DNA of 64,000 nt from Candidatus Heimdallarchaeota archaeon (GCA_030149205.1 JASBSB010000007.1:422473-486472); one strand, 5' to 3'; shown: positions 10,397-20,347, numbered from the stretch's first letter. Made by a program: numbers and translations. Notes: generated from the sequence alone by a model not told the origin.

Positions 10397-11224
10397 GTGG
10401 ATATTATTTTTCAAGTATCTATGGGTGTGCTCCTTAATCTCATTATTGGGGGTTTTGCCATGCAACGGCGTTCTTTGACATACCCCAGTGGATTCTTTGC
10501 AGCTGCTGTCGTTGGATTTACCATATATCTTGCTTCACCGTTGGGCTGGCTGTCGTTGATGATATTTTTTGTATCATCAACAATTTTGACCAAATTTAAG
10601 AGTTCAGATCCACATAAGACCGAGGTTTACACTTTTGCTGCAAAAGGTGGTGAAAGGGATGGATTTCAAGTTTTTGCAAATGGGGGCTCATCTTTCATTT
10701 TTGCAATATTTTTAATCATTTCCAAGGGTTTGTTTTCTTATAGCTTTACCTCGGCATTATTGCTTGCACTCATAACATCTATTGCGGCGAGTACTGCCGA
10801 TACTTGGTCTACAGAGATAGGGTCACTTTCGAAAAGTGAACCTGTTTCTATTCTAAATCCAAGAAAGAAGGTCTTGCGTGGTGAATCTGGGGGAGTGACA
10901 ATCTTAGGATTTTTTGGTGCTTTTCTTGGAAGTTCAATTATTGCTTTATCCTATCTTTTGATCACATTTAACTGGACTCAGGCGTTTTACATTGTCAGTT
11001 TTGGGTTTCTTGGCAGTATTATTGATTCTATACTTGGTATCATAGCTCAGGTTCAGTATTACTGTCCAACTTGTGAAAAATACACTGAACAGTCTCCTCA
11101 TAGCCGTTGTGGGACAATATTGAAAGCGAGCAAGGGTATACCATTTGTTAACAATGACGTGGTAAATTTCCTGGCTAGTTTTCTTTCAGGTTTGATGGTC
11201 TACATCCTCATATTATTACTTTGA
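10397..11224 (+). CDS. DUF92/TMEM19-family integral membrane protein
   Basis: 'GGERDGFQVFANGGSSFIFAIF' matches the conserved DUF92 core, plus multi-TM topology. A C-terminal Cys-rich stretch (CPTCEKY...SRCG) is an extra zinc-ribbon-like element. Confidence 0.5.
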   Translation: MDIIFQVSMGVLLNLIIGGFAMQRRSLTYPSGFFAAAVVGFTIYLASPLGWLSLMIFFVSSTILTKFKSSDPHKTEVYTFAAKGGERDGFQVFANGGSSFIFAIFLIISKGLFSYSFTSALLLALITSIAASTADTWSTEIGSLSKSEPVSILNPRKKVLRGESGGVTILGFFGAFLGSSIIALSYLLITFNWTQAFYIVSFGFLGSIIDSILGIIAQVQYYCPTCEKYTEQSPHSRCGTILKASKGIPFVNNDVVNFLASFLSGLMVYILILLL

Positions 11225-11304
11225 TAAGTTCCAGGTTAGATGATATATGTGATAAAATTTGTTGTTTAAACAAGAGATTTAAACTCTAATACAAACATTT
11301 TCTT

Positions 11305-12150
11305 GTGCTTGACTGGAAACAGCTAACTGAGAAAGTTATTGCTGAACATGAGATACGCCATTCACAGTTGCGGGGGAGAAAAGGTGCACATTTTCTTTAC
11401 AAGCCATCAATTGTTAAACGAATGGTTGACCTGTCTCCGGTCACTCAGGAAGACTCAGTTTTGGAGATTGGTGGGGGGATAGGGATTCTGAGTCATGAGT
11501 TACAATCTCGGGTTGCACAATTAGAGGTTATCGAGCAGGATCCTAGATTTGTAAGTCATCTTCGGGGATTACTCAATGATAGTGTGAAGGTCTCTGAAGG
11601 GGACGCATTAAGACCTCATTGGCCAGTAGTGGATCATCTTATTTCCAACCTTCCTTATTCTGCTGGAAGTATCATATATGCAAAAGCATTACACAGTGAC
11701 ATGAAATCTTTGACAGTGATGCTTCAAAAAGAAGTTGTTACTAGGATTTTAGCCTCACCAGGTGATAGAGCATACTCAAGAATCTCAATTTTGACCAGGC
11801 TACATGGGGAACCTAGGTGGTTATTTGATGTCCCTCCAGACTCTTTTATACCTCAACCTAAGGTTAATTCCTCTGTGGTTACTGTCGTTCTTCACCCTCC
11901 ACATCCGAATCATGAGGAATTAGAACTTCTGGCAAAGAATCTGTTTTTTCAAAAAAACAAGACTCTTCGTAGAGTGATCAAGGGTTACCTAAAAAGACAA
12001 TCAGATTTTCCGGTTTGGGATAAAATCCCTCATAAAGAACTGAGAATACGCCAGATGTCAATCGATCATCTTGAAGAAATTTATCAATTTCTGAAATCAG
12101 AAGGTTTCTTCCCCCTGACTCAAGCTAGTGGTGCTGTTAATGAAACTTGA
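11305..12150 (+). CDS. ksgA: 16S/18S rRNA (adenine-N6,N6)-dimethyltransferase KsgA/Dim1
   Basis: 'GAHFLYKPSIVKRMV', SAM-binding 'VLEIGGGIGILS', 'LEVIEQDPRF' and catalytic 'ISNLPYS' motifs in canonical order. Confidence 0.8.
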   Translation: MLDWKQLTEKVIAEHEIRHSQLRGRKGAHFLYKPSIVKRMVDLSPVTQEDSVLEIGGGIGILSHELQSRVAQLEVIEQDPRFVSHLRGLLNDSVKVSEGDALRPHWPVVDHLISNLPYSAGSIIYAKALHSDMKSLTVMLQKEVVTRILASPGDRAYSRISILTRLHGEPRWLFDVPPDSFIPQPKVNSSVVTVVLHPPHPNHEELELLAKNLFFQKNKTLRRVIKGYLKRQSDFPVWDKIPHKELRIRQMSIDHLEEIYQFLKSEGFFPLTQASGAVNET

Positions 12151-12739
12151 TGGGATACAATTGGATCTTAATGATCTAGTTTATGAGCCTAGGGAAGACA
12201 CCTTTATGTTTATTGATACACTTAAAGATGAACCTATTGGGTCAATTTTGGAAATTGGTTCTGGGAGTGGTGCTATTATTTTATCTTTAGCCGCTCATTC
12301 TCCAGGGCAATTTTATGTTGCAACAGATCTCAATTACCTGGCAGCTCTACAAACACAACAAAATTCAATAAAAAATGGATTATCAATTAATTGTGTAGCC
12401 ACAAGCTATGCATTTCCGTTTAGATACAAGGGTCTTCCTGAGACAATTGTGTTTAACCCCCCCTACCTTCCTTCAGATCCACCCACAGATAAATTTCTCA
12501 CACCAGAAGATAGATTAGCGTTAATAGGTGGAGACAAAGGGTATGAGAGTTTGATCAAAGCAATCGACCTGTTGTCATTCAAAACTCTCTATTCAATGGT
12601 GTCTTCTCTCGCTGTTGGGATATCCAAATTTAAACAGATGTTGAAAGAACGGGGGATTAATGTTATAATTTTAGATGAGAAAAAATTTAGCTTTGAGACA
12701 TTATGGCTTGTCAAACTTGTCAAGATAAACGTTATTTGA
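12128..12739 (+). CDS. HemK/Mtq2-family protein-(glutamine-N5) methyltransferase
   Basis: SAM-binding 'ILEIGSGSGAIILSLA' and catalytic 'VFNPPYLPSD' (NPPY) motif. Overlaps ksgA by 23 nt. Confidence 0.65.
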   Translation: MVLLMKLDGIQLDLNDLVYEPREDTFMFIDTLKDEPIGSILEIGSGSGAIILSLAAHSPGQFYVATDLNYLAALQTQQNSIKNGLSINCVATSYAFPFRYKGLPETIVFNPPYLPSDPPTDKFLTPEDRLALIGGDKGYESLIKAIDLLSFKTLYSMVSSLAVGISKFKQMLKERGINVIILDEKKFSFETLWLVKLVKINVI

Positions 12740-14003
12740 TATCTCTGTTAACAAGTTCTCCTGCGTTAATTCTACTGTTTGCTGCAATTTTTACCCCAGG
12801 GAGAATATTAACTCCTATCCCGGTTTTTGTGTTGTCCCCGATTACAGTACCAAGTTTTCTTCTTCCCGTATCTTGCTTTTCGCCCTTTACTCTCATGACA
12901 ACAGACTGATTGTCATGCCTAAGGTTTGCTGTTATTGTACCTGCTCCAAAGTTACATCTCTCCCCAAGTATCGAATCACCTACATAACTAAGATGTGCAG
13001 CATGAGTCCCACTGTAAATAATTGAATTTTTGATTTCACAGGCGTTTCCCACCTTAGAGTTCTTTCCGAAATAAGATTTTCCTCTGATATAGCAGTTTGG
13101 GCCTATATCTGCTCCCTCATCAAAATAAGCTGGGCCTTCGATATACACTCCAGATCTTATTCTTGCAGTTTTTGCCACATGAATTTTTCCCTTGACTTGG
13201 ACATTTGGTTCAATTGTTCCCAACAGTTGGTAGTTTTCTTGCTCAGTTTCCATGAGGTATTCATTTGCATTTAAAAGAGACCATGGTGTTCCAGCATCAA
13301 ACCACTCTCCCTCACAAAGTCGGACATTTATTTTTCCACCCTGATCAACAAAGGCAGAAATCGCACTTGTAAGCTCTATCTCTCCTCTTTCAGAGACAGG
13401 GATATCTCTTACAAACTTTGCAAATCTGGATTCGAACTGGTAGCATCCAGCATTCACAGCCACACTCGTAGTTTCTGATCCTATCTCTTCTGCGTGATTA
13501 CTTGGTTTTTCAATGAGTGAGGTCATAAGTCCATCTTTAGAGGTAACCACCCCAAAATTTTTTAGATTCTTCGGTTTTGCACCCACAAGCAGATTTTTTA
13601 TCTTCTCGTCTTTCATCTGTGTAGAAATAGCTGATCTTACGAACCCCTTTTTGAAAATAACATCCCCGTAAACAACAACAAAATCTTCATCATTTGGATC
13701 TAAAGCACATTGGACAGCATGCCCAGTTCCTTTAGGTTCATCTTGAAACACAAATGTAATTTTTTGAAATTCTTCTGTGGAAAGGTGTTCCTCAAGATGA
13801 TTTTTCACAAGGTCTGCGAAGCTGTGAATAACTACCTTGATTTTCCTGATTTGATCAACAGCCAGGAGCTCATTGACTATCCTTAGTAGGATTGAGGTGC
13901 CAGCGAGTTCAAGTATGGGTTTCGGTCTTAAGGACGTGAGGGGCTCTAATCTAGTGCCTTTTCCTGCTGCTAATACTATAGCATACACAGTTTGTTTGTG
14001 CAA
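12732..14003 (-). CDS. Bifunctional sugar-1-phosphate nucleotidyltransferase / acetyltransferase (GlmU-like)
   Basis: N-terminal 'AIVLAAGKGTRLEPLT' nucleotidyltransferase motif. C-terminal hexapeptide-repeat left-handed beta-helix (IGDNTKTGIGVNILPGVKIAANSRI...). Confidence 0.75.
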   Translation of the reverse strand: MHKQTVYAIVLAAGKGTRLEPLTSLRPKPILELAGTSILLRIVNELLAVDQIRKIKVVIHSFADLVKNHLEEHLSTEEFQKITFVFQDEPKGTGHAVQCALDPNDEDFVVVYGDVIFKKGFVRSAISTQMKDEKIKNLLVGAKPKNLKNFGVVTSKDGLMTSLIEKPSNHAEEIGSETTSVAVNAGCYQFESRFAKFVRDIPVSERGEIELTSAISAFVDQGGKINVRLCEGEWFDAGTPWSLLNANEYLMETEQENYQLLGTIEPNVQVKGKIHVAKTARIRSGVYIEGPAYFDEGADIGPNCYIRGKSYFGKNSKVGNACEIKNSIIYSGTHAAHLSYVGDSILGERCNFGAGTITANLRHDNQSVVMRVKGEKQDTGRRKLGTVIGDNTKTGIGVNILPGVKIAANSRINAGELVNRDIK

Positions 14004-14156
14004 TACTTTACTTAATAGTCTTGTTTTCTTCCTTCAAATTTCAACTAAGATTCTCCAGTGAATTTCTTGATATCTAAAACAATGGTTTTTAACTGAGGGA
14101 TTTAGCTCAGTTTAGAAGCCATTGGTGGATGCTGGTGGCTGTCAGGTGAAATTCTT

Positions 14157-14612
14157 ATGGCAAGAATGCATACTCGAAGAAAAGGAAAAGCAAAAAGTAG
14201 AAAACCTTATGTGACTGAAGTACCAGAATGGGTACCATTATCTGCAACTGAAGTAGAGGAAATGGTTGTCCAGCTCTACCGTAGAGGTACAACTATGGCT
14301 CATATCGGAATCGTGTTAAGAGATCAATATGGTGTCCCCAGTATTAAACTTGTAACTGGTAAAAAAGTGGGAGATATCTTGGAACAAAATAAACTTCAAC
14401 CAAGTTTCCCAGAGGATCTAATAAATCTTATACGAAGAGCAATGAACCTTCGAAACCACATTGTTGATAATAAGAAAGACAAAAGCTCTCGAAGAGGGTT
14501 AAATCTGATTGAATCTAAAATAAGAAGATATTCTAAGCAGCTCAGAGAATCTGGACGCATACCAAAAGATTGGAAGTACGATCCCAGTAAAGCATCTGTA
14601 TTATTACGTTAA
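14157..14612 (+). CDS. rps15: 30S ribosomal protein S15 (uS15 / S13e)
   Basis: MARMHTRRKGKAKSRKPY... archaeal/eukaryotic S15/S13e N-terminus; 151 aa. 'aggtga' RBS about 9 nt upstream. Confidence 0.9.
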   Translation: MARMHTRRKGKAKSRKPYVTEVPEWVPLSATEVEEMVVQLYRRGTTMAHIGIVLRDQYGVPSIKLVTGKKVGDILEQNKLQPSFPEDLINLIRRAMNLRNHIVDNKKDKSSRRGLNLIESKIRRYSKQLRESGRIPKDWKYDPSKASVLLR

Positions 14613-14675
14613 GTTTCTTCAGATTTAGTGTCCTCTTAGGGTAAAGATAATAAAATTAGATACATTTGTGATTCA

Positions 14676-16067
14676 GTGAGTGATGATGCGCTAATTCAAT
14701 ACTTTGATGATCTGTTAACAAAATGTATTGAAATTTCTGAGTTTATTGCATCAAGAGATGCTACAGCTATGATATTTTATGAGAGGGGAAACTTGGATGC
14801 AATTGTAGCCAGCACTCTGCTTGCAAGATTATATTTTGAGAGACAAAGAGCCTGTATGATCAGAGGTGTTAGTCTTGAAGAACTATCTGTTGAACTTGAA
14901 AATAAGGAACTTTTTTTCATAACCCTTGGTTTTTCCCTGAAAGCTGTTAACCCATTTCATGATCCTGAAACACAGATTGTATCAGTTATACCGGCAGAGC
15001 CAGAAAGTTTGGAATCTTCCCCATATTTGTTAAATTCTGGGGTATTTGGGTATTTTGATCAACAGACCAGCATATCTGCATGTGTTTATTTTGTGGTGTC
15101 AAATCTTGTGAAGAAATCTCCCAGTATCTATTACCTCCCACTTCTTGCCAGTTATGCTATCTACAAAGGTGAAAAGGTAGAGGGTCTTCATGAGGTGATA
15201 CTTCACGATGGGATAGAGGCAAAGGTGATTGAGGAGAAACACAATCTCTCTCTTCCTGGCATTAATTATTTTACCCTTGCAGATTCTCTACTCTATTCTA
15301 CAGATCCAATTTTTCCTGGGATTTCTGGGGTACAACCCAATATCAACAAAGTTATTCAAAAAAGTGGTATTGAGTTGGAATCTACCGCAGGGAAAAGAAA
15401 AATTATTGACCTGCAGGAAAATGAGGTCAACAAACTCGCATCCACTCTAGTTATTACCTTGTCACAACTGGCATATCAGGAATTCCTTCCACCTTTAGTA
15501 AGGCAGGAGATTTTGATCAAATCTGAGAAGAAATCCCTGTTAACCCACTTTCTAAGAGATTTCAGCTTAGCTATATCGACTGCAGTGGAGTCTGGAAACG
15601 GTTCTAAAGCCCTTTCTGTCTTAATTGGAGAACGTTCCGAATCATTGAAATCGATCAGAGTTGACTATTATAACTATTTAAGACAATTACACTCAGTCTT
15701 AAATCTTTTACTCCAGGATGAACCAGACCTTACCACCCTTTCTAAATTACAATACTTTGAGTTGACTGAAAAAATTAATCCTGGGTTACTTTCTAAACTT
15801 GGCTCACTATTAAACGCCTCTGGGAAAATTAACATTTCACTCCCTCTACTGATCTATTATTCACCTAACCCTGAGACCACTAGAATTGGACTAAGAGGCT
15901 CAAAAACGGTTTTACCACCAAATAAACTTGAAAAGTTAGCCAGATTTCTCACCAAGCAATCGATCTATTTCGAGCATGACAGGAACCATGGTTTTTTAGT
16001 CTTTTCAACACCAGAGAATGTTATCAATGATATTGAAACGATTAACACATTTCTTGAGACAGAATGA
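14676..16067 (+). CDS. Hypothetical 463-aa protein, possibly a degenerate DHH/RecJ/Cdc45-like fold
   Basis: 'MIFYERGNLDAIVASTLLARL' resembles DHH motif II (H.D.DG..S) with His->Asn. Two-domain size is consistent with DHH + DHHA1. No intact catalytic motifs. The fold assignment is low-confidence. Confidence 0.3.
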   Translation: MSDDALIQYFDDLLTKCIEISEFIASRDATAMIFYERGNLDAIVASTLLARLYFERQRACMIRGVSLEELSVELENKELFFITLGFSLKAVNPFHDPETQIVSVIPAEPESLESSPYLLNSGVFGYFDQQTSISACVYFVVSNLVKKSPSIYYLPLLASYAIYKGEKVEGLHEVILHDGIEAKVIEEKHNLSLPGINYFTLADSLLYSTDPIFPGISGVQPNINKVIQKSGIELESTAGKRKIIDLQENEVNKLASTLVITLSQLAYQEFLPPLVRQEILIKSEKKSLLTHFLRDFSLAISTAVESGNGSKALSVLIGERSESLKSIRVDYYNYLRQLHSVLNLLLQDEPDLTTLSKLQYFELTEKINPGLLSKLGSLLNASGKINISLPLLIYYSPNPETTRIGLRGSKTVLPPNKLEKLARFLTKQSIYFEHDRNHGFLVFSTPENVINDIETINTFLETE

Positions 16068-16684
16068 AGCGCAAAACTCTTGAAATCTATCTTGAACAGC
16101 ATGTTCACTCCTTTTCCAAACCAAAGGTTGCACTTGAGCAGTATGTTACCTCAGCTGAACTAGCAAGTCTTATCATACACAGAGCCTACACCTTGGGGGA
16201 TATAGCTGAAAAGGAGATTCTTGACCTATGTGCTGGGACAGGCATATTTGGCATCAGTGCTTCGTTGTTAGGGGCAAGCACTGTCACATTTGTAGAAATT
16301 GATCCAGATGCAGCTATAGACCTTCAAGGTAATTTAGATGAAACAGGGCTTAACAACACAAAGCTTATTATAAAAGATGCTTTAAATTGGGATCCTGAGG
16401 TTCAGTTTGACACGGTTTTTTTGAATCCACCCTTTGGTATTCAACAGAAGGTGCATAGGGATGTTGAATTTTTAGAAAAGGCTTATTCAATTTCAAAGGT
16501 TGTGTATTCTATTCATGATGGAAACAGTAGTCTCGAATTTTTTCACAGATTTGCTAAATTACATGGGTTCGAATTAACAGAGTATTATAAGGGTGAGTTC
16601 AAGCTTCCAAAAATATTTAATTTTCAACAAAAATCAGTGTTGAAGCTTCCTGTTATCATATTACGATCTATGCAAGTCAAATAA
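16064..16684 (+). CDS. METTL5-like small RNA (m6A) methyltransferase
   Basis: SAM motif 'ILDLCAGTGIFGISASLLGA', 'VTFVEIDPDA', catalytic 'VFLNPPFG' (NPPF). 4-nt overlap with the upstream gene. Confidence 0.65.
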   Translation: MKRKTLEIYLEQHVHSFSKPKVALEQYVTSAELASLIIHRAYTLGDIAEKEILDLCAGTGIFGISASLLGASTVTFVEIDPDAAIDLQGNLDETGLNNTKLIIKDALNWDPEVQFDTVFLNPPFGIQQKVHRDVEFLEKAYSISKVVYSIHDGNSSLEFFHRFAKLHGFELTEYYKGEFKLPKIFNFQQKSVLKLPVIILRSMQVK

Positions 16685-16734
16685 CGCACAAACACAATCT
16701 CTATCCTTTTATGTAAACTGAGCAATAATTAATT

Positions 16735-17535
16735 ATGAGTAACCAAAAGAAACTACCCGAAAAAGGAGAGCTTGTCCTAGGGAGAGTTTACCGGATAACC
16801 GAGCACGGTGTATATGTAAAATTGATAGAATATGAGGGGGTAGACGCATATTGCCATATATCTGAGATTGCAAATGCATGGATTCGTAAAATTCGTAATT
16901 TCGTCACACAAGGACAGCAGGTTGTCGGGAAGGTTGTAAAGGTCCAGCGCAACACAAACCAGGTTGATATCAGTTTAAAACGATTATCACCCCAACAAAA
17001 AAAGGAGAAAACCCTGGAATATAAACGAACAATGGCTGCGAAAGCAATATTAAGTCTTTTAGCAGAGAAACTTGAAACCACCCCTCTTGAAATTGAAGAG
17101 AAATTGGCTGAACCTTTAATAGAGAATTATTATACTTTATTTAATGCCTTTGAAGCAATCGCTGCAGAGGGTAAGGAAGCACTTGCTGATATCAATATCT
17201 CCGCAAAATACAAGAATGCACTTGTTGAGGTTACAAAGGCAAGTGTCAAACTAAGCAATGCAGAGACAGAGGTTATTATTGGATTACGTTCGTTTGCCCC
17301 AGATGGATTAGAACAGGTCAAATCGGTTCTCTTTACTGCTGAAAATTCAATCACAGAAAATAAAAAAATAGGTTTTACCCTCACTACAATTGGATCACCG
17401 AGATATAGGTTGCTTGTCTCAGGAAAGTATTTTGAAGATGTTGATGAGGCAGTACAGTCCACAATAAGAGCGGTAAACCAGAAAGCAGAGGAACTTGAGG
17501 TAGACTGTGCAATAGAAATTAAGGAAACACAATGA
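16735..17535 (+). CDS. eif2a: Translation initiation factor 2 subunit alpha (aIF2-alpha)
   Basis: N-terminal S1 domain 'LPEKGELVLGRVYRITEHGVYVKLIEYEGVDAYCHISEI...' followed by helical and alpha/beta domains; 266 aa. Confidence 0.9.
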   Translation: MSNQKKLPEKGELVLGRVYRITEHGVYVKLIEYEGVDAYCHISEIANAWIRKIRNFVTQGQQVVGKVVKVQRNTNQVDISLKRLSPQQKKEKTLEYKRTMAAKAILSLLAEKLETTPLEIEEKLAEPLIENYYTLFNAFEAIAAEGKEALADINISAKYKNALVEVTKASVKLSNAETEVIIGLRSFAPDGLEQVKSVLFTAENSITENKKIGFTLTTIGSPRYRLLVSGKYFEDVDEAVQSTIRAVNQKAEELEVDCAIEIKETQ

Positions 17536-17711
17536 AATCTCTCAAAAGGTGTCTAAACAAGGGTTGTAAGAGGTATAAACGTTATACTCTTTATGCAAAA
17601 TGTAGTTTATGCAAACATAAGACCTTCTCTCCTCACCCCCCTAAATTTTCACTTATTAAAGAAATTAACCTCAGACCTTACACAAGAAAACTTAAGAACA
17701 ATTCTGAATAA
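17532..17711 (+). CDS. nop10: H/ACA ribonucleoprotein subunit Nop10 (59 aa; absent from the supplied ORF track)
   Basis: Hand-translated MKSLKRCLNKGCKRYKRYTLYAKCSLCKHKTFSPHPPKFSLIKEINLRPYTRKLKNNSE. Zinc-ribbon C..C/C..C plus the hallmark 'HPP(K/R)FS' motif. ATGA start/stop overlap with aIF2-alpha. The aIF2alpha-Nop10 pair is a conserved archaeal neighbourhood. Confidence 0.75.
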   Translation: MKSLKRCLNKGCKRYKRYTLYAKCSLCKHKTFSPHPPKFSLIKEINLRPYTRKLKNNSE

Positions 17712-17762
17712 GTGGGTATTCATACCTAGATTTTTAGTTATCCTAAACATCCAAGAACATAG

Positions 17763-18293
17763 ATGAGAATTTCCCCGTCACAATATTTTTCTGATATTCA
17801 TTCTAGAGAATCTGGTGCAAAATCTCCATCAGTTCCGACTGAAATGTTCATCGTGAAGGGTGAAGGACAAAGTAATCATTCTTTTTTGAATGCTTTTGAT
17901 AAAAGTCTTATGAACGCAGGTATAGGACATCTAAATCTCATCCAATACTCTTCTATCCTCCCTCACCCTATCCAGTTTTATGACCAACCTTTCTCTATTC
18001 AACCTGGAAGTCAGACAGGAGTTATTCTGTCAAAAATGTCAGGTAAGCAAGGTGAGACCATCAGCGCAGGACTTATAGTCGGTAAGGCAGAAGGTTATTC
18101 TGTGGTTTATGAGGGAACAGGAAAATCAAAGGAAGATCTGAATAAATTTTTAGTCTCAAGTATTACTGAAGCGTTGAACGCCAGAGGAATCTTAAACCCA
18201 AATTTTTTTCTGGAGAGTTGCCAAATGGAAGTAACAGACAAATTTGGGTCAATCATAGTTGCAATTGTGTTTAATCCCAAGACTTTTGTTTGA
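17763..18293 (+). CDS. pdaD: Pyruvoyl-dependent arginine decarboxylase PdaD
   Basis: 'NAFDKSLMNAGIGHLNLIQYSSILP' and 'GETISAGLIVG' align closely with the M. jannaschii PdaD core, including the Ser-Ser self-cleavage site. Confidence 0.85.
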   Translation: MRISPSQYFSDIHSRESGAKSPSVPTEMFIVKGEGQSNHSFLNAFDKSLMNAGIGHLNLIQYSSILPHPIQFYDQPFSIQPGSQTGVILSKMSGKQGETISAGLIVGKAEGYSVVYEGTGKSKEDLNKFLVSSITEALNARGILNPNFFLESCQMEVTDKFGSIIVAIVFNPKTFV

Positions 18294-18348
18294 ACATTCA
18301 TGAGATTCAGCACAGTATTTATATATCTATGATACACGTATTATTATA

Positions 18349-19101
18349 GTGGTCGACACAGAAAATATTGATGTGACAAAAATACTTGAGCTGGTTGCAA
18401 ATAAGTACCGCAGGGAAATTTTAAGGTTACTTAGCCTTGATGATCGGTATGCTTATGAGTTGGCTAAATCCTTAAACATAACACCCCGTGCTGTCACGAA
18501 CCACCTGAAGAGTCTCGAAGATTATGATCTGGTCTATTCCGAAAAAAAGTCATCAGGAATAGGACCAGATAGGGAATACTTCTCCTTGGATAAAGATATC
18601 TCGATTAGGATAACCTTTGGTCAGAATCTTTTTGCTACTAGGGTGACAATGCTGGAGCATGAAGAGGGAGATATGGTGGATGCAAATCTGCAACTTGCTG
18701 CCCCAGACAAAAGTTATAAACTCATGGACATTTTAGATGGAGCATTAGGTGAACTACCTCAGATCAGAAAACAGATAGATATTCTAGAAAAAGAAACGAA
18801 TAGGTACTTACGAAAATATCAAGGGTTGATGTTACACTTTAGTTCATTATTGAAGGATAAGGGATTGGAGACAGATGAGATTGAATTTCTGTTAAAATTG
18901 ATAGAGCAGGGTGGTAGGGCAACCCTCAACAAACTCTGTGAACTCTTAAACAAAACAGAGGTTACCATTAATCCAACAATTACACGACTCAAGGATAAAT
19001 CACTGATCTCAACAGTATTTATTTTTGATGAGGATGCTCAGAGTGAAGAAATTGCATATGAGATTAATACTCCCTCTGTAAAGGATGTTATTTATCAGTA
19101 G
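18349..19101 (+). CDS. Winged-helix (ArsR-like) transcriptional regulator with a second C-terminal wHTH
   Basis: 'YRREILRLLSLDDRYAYELAKSLNITPRAVTNHLKSLEDYDLV' ArsR-type HTH. C-terminal 'RATLNKLCELLNKTEVTINPTITRLKDKSLI' is a second HTH. Confidence 0.55.
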   Translation: MVDTENIDVTKILELVANKYRREILRLLSLDDRYAYELAKSLNITPRAVTNHLKSLEDYDLVYSEKKSSGIGPDREYFSLDKDISIRITFGQNLFATRVTMLEHEEGDMVDANLQLAAPDKSYKLMDILDGALGELPQIRKQIDILEKETNRYLRKYQGLMLHFSSLLKDKGLETDEIEFLLKLIEQGGRATLNKLCELLNKTEVTINPTITRLKDKSLISTVFIFDEDAQSEEIAYEINTPSVKDVIYQ

Positions 19102-19360
19102 TCTCTTTTATATCTTTAATTACATCAACTATTTTTTGATTGATCTGAGCAGCTTTGAGTATATCATCAATAGTGTTTTTTAATGTGCCTATCCCCATCT
19201 CCCCCTTTATTTCACATACGATGCCTGTTTCAGTCTGTTTCGCAACTATCTGCATGTTTTTTGGAACAGTCTTATTCTCTGGTTCAACCGCAAGAAATAG
19301 ACTATCTGGCTCCCCACTTATCTCAATTGTTACATCACATTGAAACTTTGGTTCTTTCAC
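19088..19360 (-). CDS. pcc1: KEOPS complex subunit Pcc1-like
   Basis: 'VTIEISGEPDSLFLAVEPEN' and 'GTLKNTIDDILKAAQI' parallel the Pyrococcus Pcc1 'ATLEFETENPEVIVKALEPDN' and 'SLGTLRAAVNSYLRWVRL' segments; 90 aa. Confidence 0.55.
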   Translation of the reverse strand: MKEPKFQCDVTIEISGEPDSLFLAVEPENKTVPKNMQIVAKQTETGIVCEIKGEMGIGTLKNTIDDILKAAQINQKIVDVIKDIKETTDK

Positions 19361-19390
19361 ACCCTGAATTATCTCTGTCTAATAAAAGAA

Positions 19391-20347
19391 TTAAGATCGT
19401 AAATCATACTGTGGATCCTCCTCAATTAGAGTAAATCCTAACTGGTTCAAGACAGTGTCAGTCAGATTAGATTTTATCACCTGAAGATCAACTGACTCAA
19501 ATCCTCTGCGATACAATAAATCCACTAATATACTCACAAATTCTTTTAAAAGCTCTTCAGATGGGGTTTTAGACACATAAATTCTGGAGTATTGTGTCAC
19601 AATTGCAACGATCTGAGTTTCTGAGACATTTATTGCCAGAATCTCAAACGGTGTTGTTTCGCCCCAGATATACGGTTGGGCTATTGTATCAATTGAGCCA
19701 ATTAATTGGTTTAGATCATAAATCTGCAACCCGTACTCTCCAATGATCCTTTCTCCTGTTCTCATTACATCCAATATATCACTTTCCAATTGATCAAAGG
19801 TGCCTAATTTTATCTGATATTCTCTTGGGGTTCTTTGTATTATTTTCGGCTCTCCTTCTGGAAAAATTAAGGTTTCAGATTCTTTGATACTAGCAATGAA
19901 ATTTAGATCAAGCCACCAATTTTGCAAGATTCTTGTGTTTTTAGCTAATTTGCCGTAAATGTGCTCGGTAACCTCATCCTCAGCTTCAGTTAAAATTCTC
20001 TGTGAATCAACAGTCTTAATTAAATGCTCCAAAAGTGATTTTGCTACTCCCCCTCCTCGATATTGGACTCTCACTAATAACCAAATGACATAAGTCGTGT
20101 CTTCCTCAGTGACAAAATCTAGCTGACCAATTATTCTTCCCTCTGATTCTGCAATCAGGATATCTCCACCAGATTTGTTCAATTGGTCAAAGTACCATTG
20201 AAAGAGGGATTCATCTCCCCACCATCTGACTTCCTCAAATATCTCTTCAATTGGTTCAGATTTTGTGAAACCATATGCCTCCCTATTCATAGAAACCAGT
20301 TCTGGGAGGTCTTTCTTTTGAAATCTTCTGATAATCATTTCAATCAC
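19391..20347 (-). CDS. GNAT-family N-acetyltransferase with a C-terminal extra domain
   Basis: 'IIGQLDF...VRVQYRGGGVAKSLLEHLI' acetyl-CoA-binding motif A (R/Q-x-x-G-x-G/A). Confidence 0.6.
   Translation of the reverse strand: MIEMIIRRFQKKDLPELVSMNREAYGFTKSEPIEEIFEEVRWWGDESLFQWYFDQLNKSGGDILIAESEGRIIGQLDFVTEEDTTYVIWLLVRVQYRGGGVAKSLLEHLIKTVDSQRILTEAEDEVTEHIYGKLAKNTRILQNWWLDLNFIASIKESETLIFPEGEPKIIQRTPREYQIKLGTFDQLESDILDVMRTGERIIGEYGLQIYDLNQLIGSIDTIAQPYIWGETTPFEILAINVSETQIVAIVTQYSRIYVSKTPSEELLKEFVSILVDLLYRRGFESVDLQVIKSNLTDTVLNQLGFTLIEEDPQYDLRS

Noticed and set aside
12703-12909. 68-aa plus-strand ORF overlapping the 3' end of the GlmU-like gene
   Set aside because: Out-of-frame shadow of the hexapeptide-repeat region of a strongly supported minus-strand CDS.
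13420-13440. 'GGATTCGAACTGG' tRNA T-arm-like words, with similar ones at ~16566 and ~46150
   Set aside because: All lie inside coding sequence with no surrounding cloverleaf. I also found no canonical T-loop motif in any intergenic region. These are coincidental.
14100-14156. tRNA-like 'GGGATTTAGCTCAGTTTAGAAGC' just upstream of rps15
   Set aside because: No acceptor/D/anticodon/T cloverleaf can be folded: D-stem partners do not pair, there is no GTTCRANYC T-loop, and there is no 3' complement to the 5' end. More likely promoter/5'-UTR sequence that happens to resemble the TAGCTCAG box.
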